Source: Pelomyxa schiedti
Lineage: Eukaryota > Protista > Evosea
NCBI GenBank assembly: GCA_020536535.1
Contig: JAHLWZ010000763.1
Coordinates: 1-37,300, forward strand
DNA: 37,300 nucleotides
Direction of reading: 5' to 3'
Below are positions 34,671 through 37,300 of this stretch, in pieces. The first letter of the stretch is position 1. Each line of letters begins with the position of its first letter. A program made the translations under genes and the position numbers. The notes beneath the pieces were generated by a model that saw only the letters and a list, made by a program, of their open reading frames with translations, did not search any database and had not been told where the DNA came from.

Positions 34671-36629
34671 CTAATGGGTGGACTTGGCTCGCTCGATCCT
34701 CTGTTGGCAAACATTTCCAAGCGTCACATAAGTCACACTCAGGTCACTGTTGCCAATGCCCTGCAAGGGAATGCCCTCCACCAGGTACCTCTTGTATGCG
34801 TTTATGTTCCTTGTGGCCACACGGGAAGCATGCTGCATCATGGCCTCCTTGGGATTCCCTGCTGCTGCTTTCTCCTCCCCGTTTGCCGCCGGCGGTGGTG
34901 GTGTTGATGTTGTTTTGGTCTTTGGTGTTATGCTCGCAACCGGTTGGGAGTGCGAGGCGAGCTCCGTGTTGGCGTGGTACGTTGCCATGTCGGTTGTTAT
35001 CGTGCACACCAGCCGGTCACTGTAGTGTGTGGTGAGTTCTCGTTTGGAAAGTTCCTTGACTGCCGGAAGCTTCCCGACGCCTTGACATCTCGCAGCCAGG
35101 TTCACCTTTTGGGAAGGAAACATCAGAGTAACATCAGAGTTTGGAAACGGGTGTGTGATGAGAGAGCAAGTGGCTTTACCGCTGCCCCAACAACGTCGGG
35201 GTTGATCAACGTGGGGGTCTTGAGGAGTCCATGCAATGCCGGGCCCGTTGTCAATCCGATCCTCACTTCGAGCATCCACTCAGGGGCATCTTTTGAAACA
35301 AGACCGCGAAATTCTTCCGCCTGAAGTGCAACAGATTCGGCGATCCGAAGTGCTGCCGCGTAGGCCAAGGCCGGGAGTGGAGTGCTGGTTCTTTTTTGCT
35401 TTTCCACCTGAATCTATGAGTGAAAAGAACAGGGGTGAAGTCGGTTCACCTCCAATTGAAAGCCCCATGCAATGAAAATTCCATCACCCAGCCTCTTCAC
35501 CAACAAGTTGTGTTTGTTTGCCTTGGCTGCCCTTTCAACAGTGTCGTAAAACAGTTCGAGCAGCTTGGCCGCAGAGTCCGGAGAAACGGATTCACACAAG
35601 CCGGTGAAATCTGTGTGTTCAGGTTAGTGTGGACTGAGAATTGTACATAGAACACACTTGCAACGTCACAGAAGAGATAACTGCCCATTCTCCTCAACAA
35701 AGAGGACTCCAAAATGGCGGAATCAGACAACCGTTGCCTGCACACGAGTCGGGAAATCACAGGAACGAATGCCACCACGATTTGCACTTTCCCTTCGAGC
35801 CACTCCAGTTTGTCAAGAATGAGTCGAATCTCAGACAGCCGGCTGAAAATGTTCACCTTGGAAATGTCCCCTCCGAGATGCCACCGCTTTTTTTGCTTCC
35901 TTTCACTTTCGTCCTGGTTTTTGTTGTCCTCTGGTTGGGTTCCCTCCCCAAGGCTGACTTCGCTGATTCTCTTGATCCGGTTGATGACTTGCAGTTGCCC
36001 TCCAAGTGTGAACACAGAGAGAATTCCAGCAAGACTTACAGCAATGCAAAGACTGACGATAATAAATTTCTGCAAATTGCTTTTGACTTCTCTGTATGTT
36101 TTCTGGAAATAAGACGAATCTATATGGAAAAAGGAGAAAAAAATCAATGCAATCTTTTTGTGCAAGGATCGGTGCATACCAGCAATCACAGTTGTGATTG
36201 CAGTGAAACCGGATTCCGTCTGAATTGTCAGGTATGCCACTGAATAGTTGTGCTGATCAAAAATTATAATACCGGTGGTGTTCTTAGCCAGTGCCTCAGA
36301 AAGAAATCGTGTGGAATCTCGGATCTCCCAAAGACTGGAATTCGAGGTCAACTGAGGAGTGAGGTCCGCATAAGAGATGTTCTCACATGAACTGCTTATT
36401 ATCCAGCTGTTTTGATTTTGAATGAATGTGCACAAGATTCCAGGTTGGTCTTTCTGCCCAAAAATGGAAAGAAAATTTACTGCACTGATACCTGCTGAAA
36501 AAAGGGCAGTGATGTTCGAAGATCCAGGCAAAAGTATTGGAGCATTCAAAGCTGCAGTCAGGTCTGGAACTGTTGCAGGAATCTCAATTGGACTCCACAG
36601 CAGACACCCGGGAGTCAGAGAGTTCCACT
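34671..36629 (-). CDS. Membrane-anchored class III adenylyl cyclase (5' end lost in the scaffold gap), multi-exon
   Basis: TM FIIVSLCIAVSLAGILSVFTL. Catalytic motifs YLFCDVA/DFT, VKRLGDG, VRIGLTTG, PDVVGAAV/NLAARCQ, LQGIG. Preceded by an Asn-glycosylation-site-rich, presumably extracellular region. Confidence 0.85.
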
Positions 36630-36729
36630 NNNNNNNNNNNNNNNNNNNNNNNNNNNNNNNNNNNNNNNNNNNNNNNNNNNNNNNNNNNNNNNNNNNNNNN
36701 NNNNNNNNNNNNNNNNNNNNNNNNNNNNN
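36630..36729. other. Scaffold gap (100 N)
   Basis: N run; unrelated genes lie on either side. Confidence 0.99.
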
Positions 36730-37300
36730 TATGTGGGTAAAAAGGAAAGGTACTTTTAGAGACTCCAGTTTTTCCAACAACTTCTTGGTCCTCAGTGTGA
36801 GCTCCTTAATGAGGGTTAAGTTTGAAATGTTGAACTTGTTTGATTTGTGTTGACTTTAATGAGAGCTTGGTCAGTCATATCGTCACGTCCAGAACTCTCA
36901 ACAAGCCAGTTGGTCATTTCCTTGTGGAACCCAGATAGCATGAAGGAGTCTATTTTAAATACAGGTTAAATAGTAGAATGTATTGGAAGGAGAATTAACC
37001 TCGGGACTGTTGAACAACGGAGATGGACTCGGCATCAAGGTCAACAATTAAATCAAACAGGTCAGTGTTGTTCTTGATCCCAGGGTTGGTGAAACCCACG
37101 GTGTAGAAGCCGGAACTTTGTATGTCTGATATTTCCTGAGTTGTCCTTTAGTGTCGAATGTATGGTGGCGAAAAGGGTTAGGCACACATTCTCATGACCG
37201 GCAATGTAGGGCCAGAGGTTTGTATTCCAGCTCTGGCGATGCCATACTAGCAACGGGAAGCCCCTAGTGATGGTCATGTTAGATACATCGTAAGAGATAT
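36730..37300 (-). repeat. DENND10: Second, slightly diverged copy of the internal DENND10 region (matches ~26312-26890)
   Basis: Colinear with 26312-26890, with scattered substitutions and small indels in introns. Confidence 0.92.

Noticed and set aside
35497-36780. 427-aa ORF running across the second gap
   Set aside because: Chimeric. Its start (LEKLESLK) belongs to the DENND10 copy and the rest to the cyclase; the Ns only hide stops.

Overview
Gene-dense eukaryotic DNA with many short (~40-70 nt) spliceosomal introns and two 100-N scaffold gaps. The Roco kinase type and gene style suggest an amoebozoan, possibly a Pelomyxa-like archamoeba (inference only). Manual splicing gives, in order: the 3' end of an unknown gene, an EGF single-pass membrane protein, a PH-domain protein, a choline transporter-like (SLC44) gene, FTCD, a fused decarboxylase gene and its decayed tandem paralogue, a Roco kinase, a UBC4/UBE2D E2, BLOC1S1, Elongin C, DENND10, ZCCHC9, an ELAV-like protein, two tandem secreted bacterial-like proteins (the first disrupted), a class III adenylyl cyclase cut by a gap, and a second DENND10 copy. 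The most notable item is the gene at 8881-13222. It joins an apparently metal-site-dead ArgE/M20 acetylornithine-deacetylase-like domain to an intact VlmD/HDC-type PLP decarboxylase, and sits beside FTCD and the choline transporter-like gene. All homology calls come from remembered family motifs, with no database search, and exon boundaries are hand-inferred.
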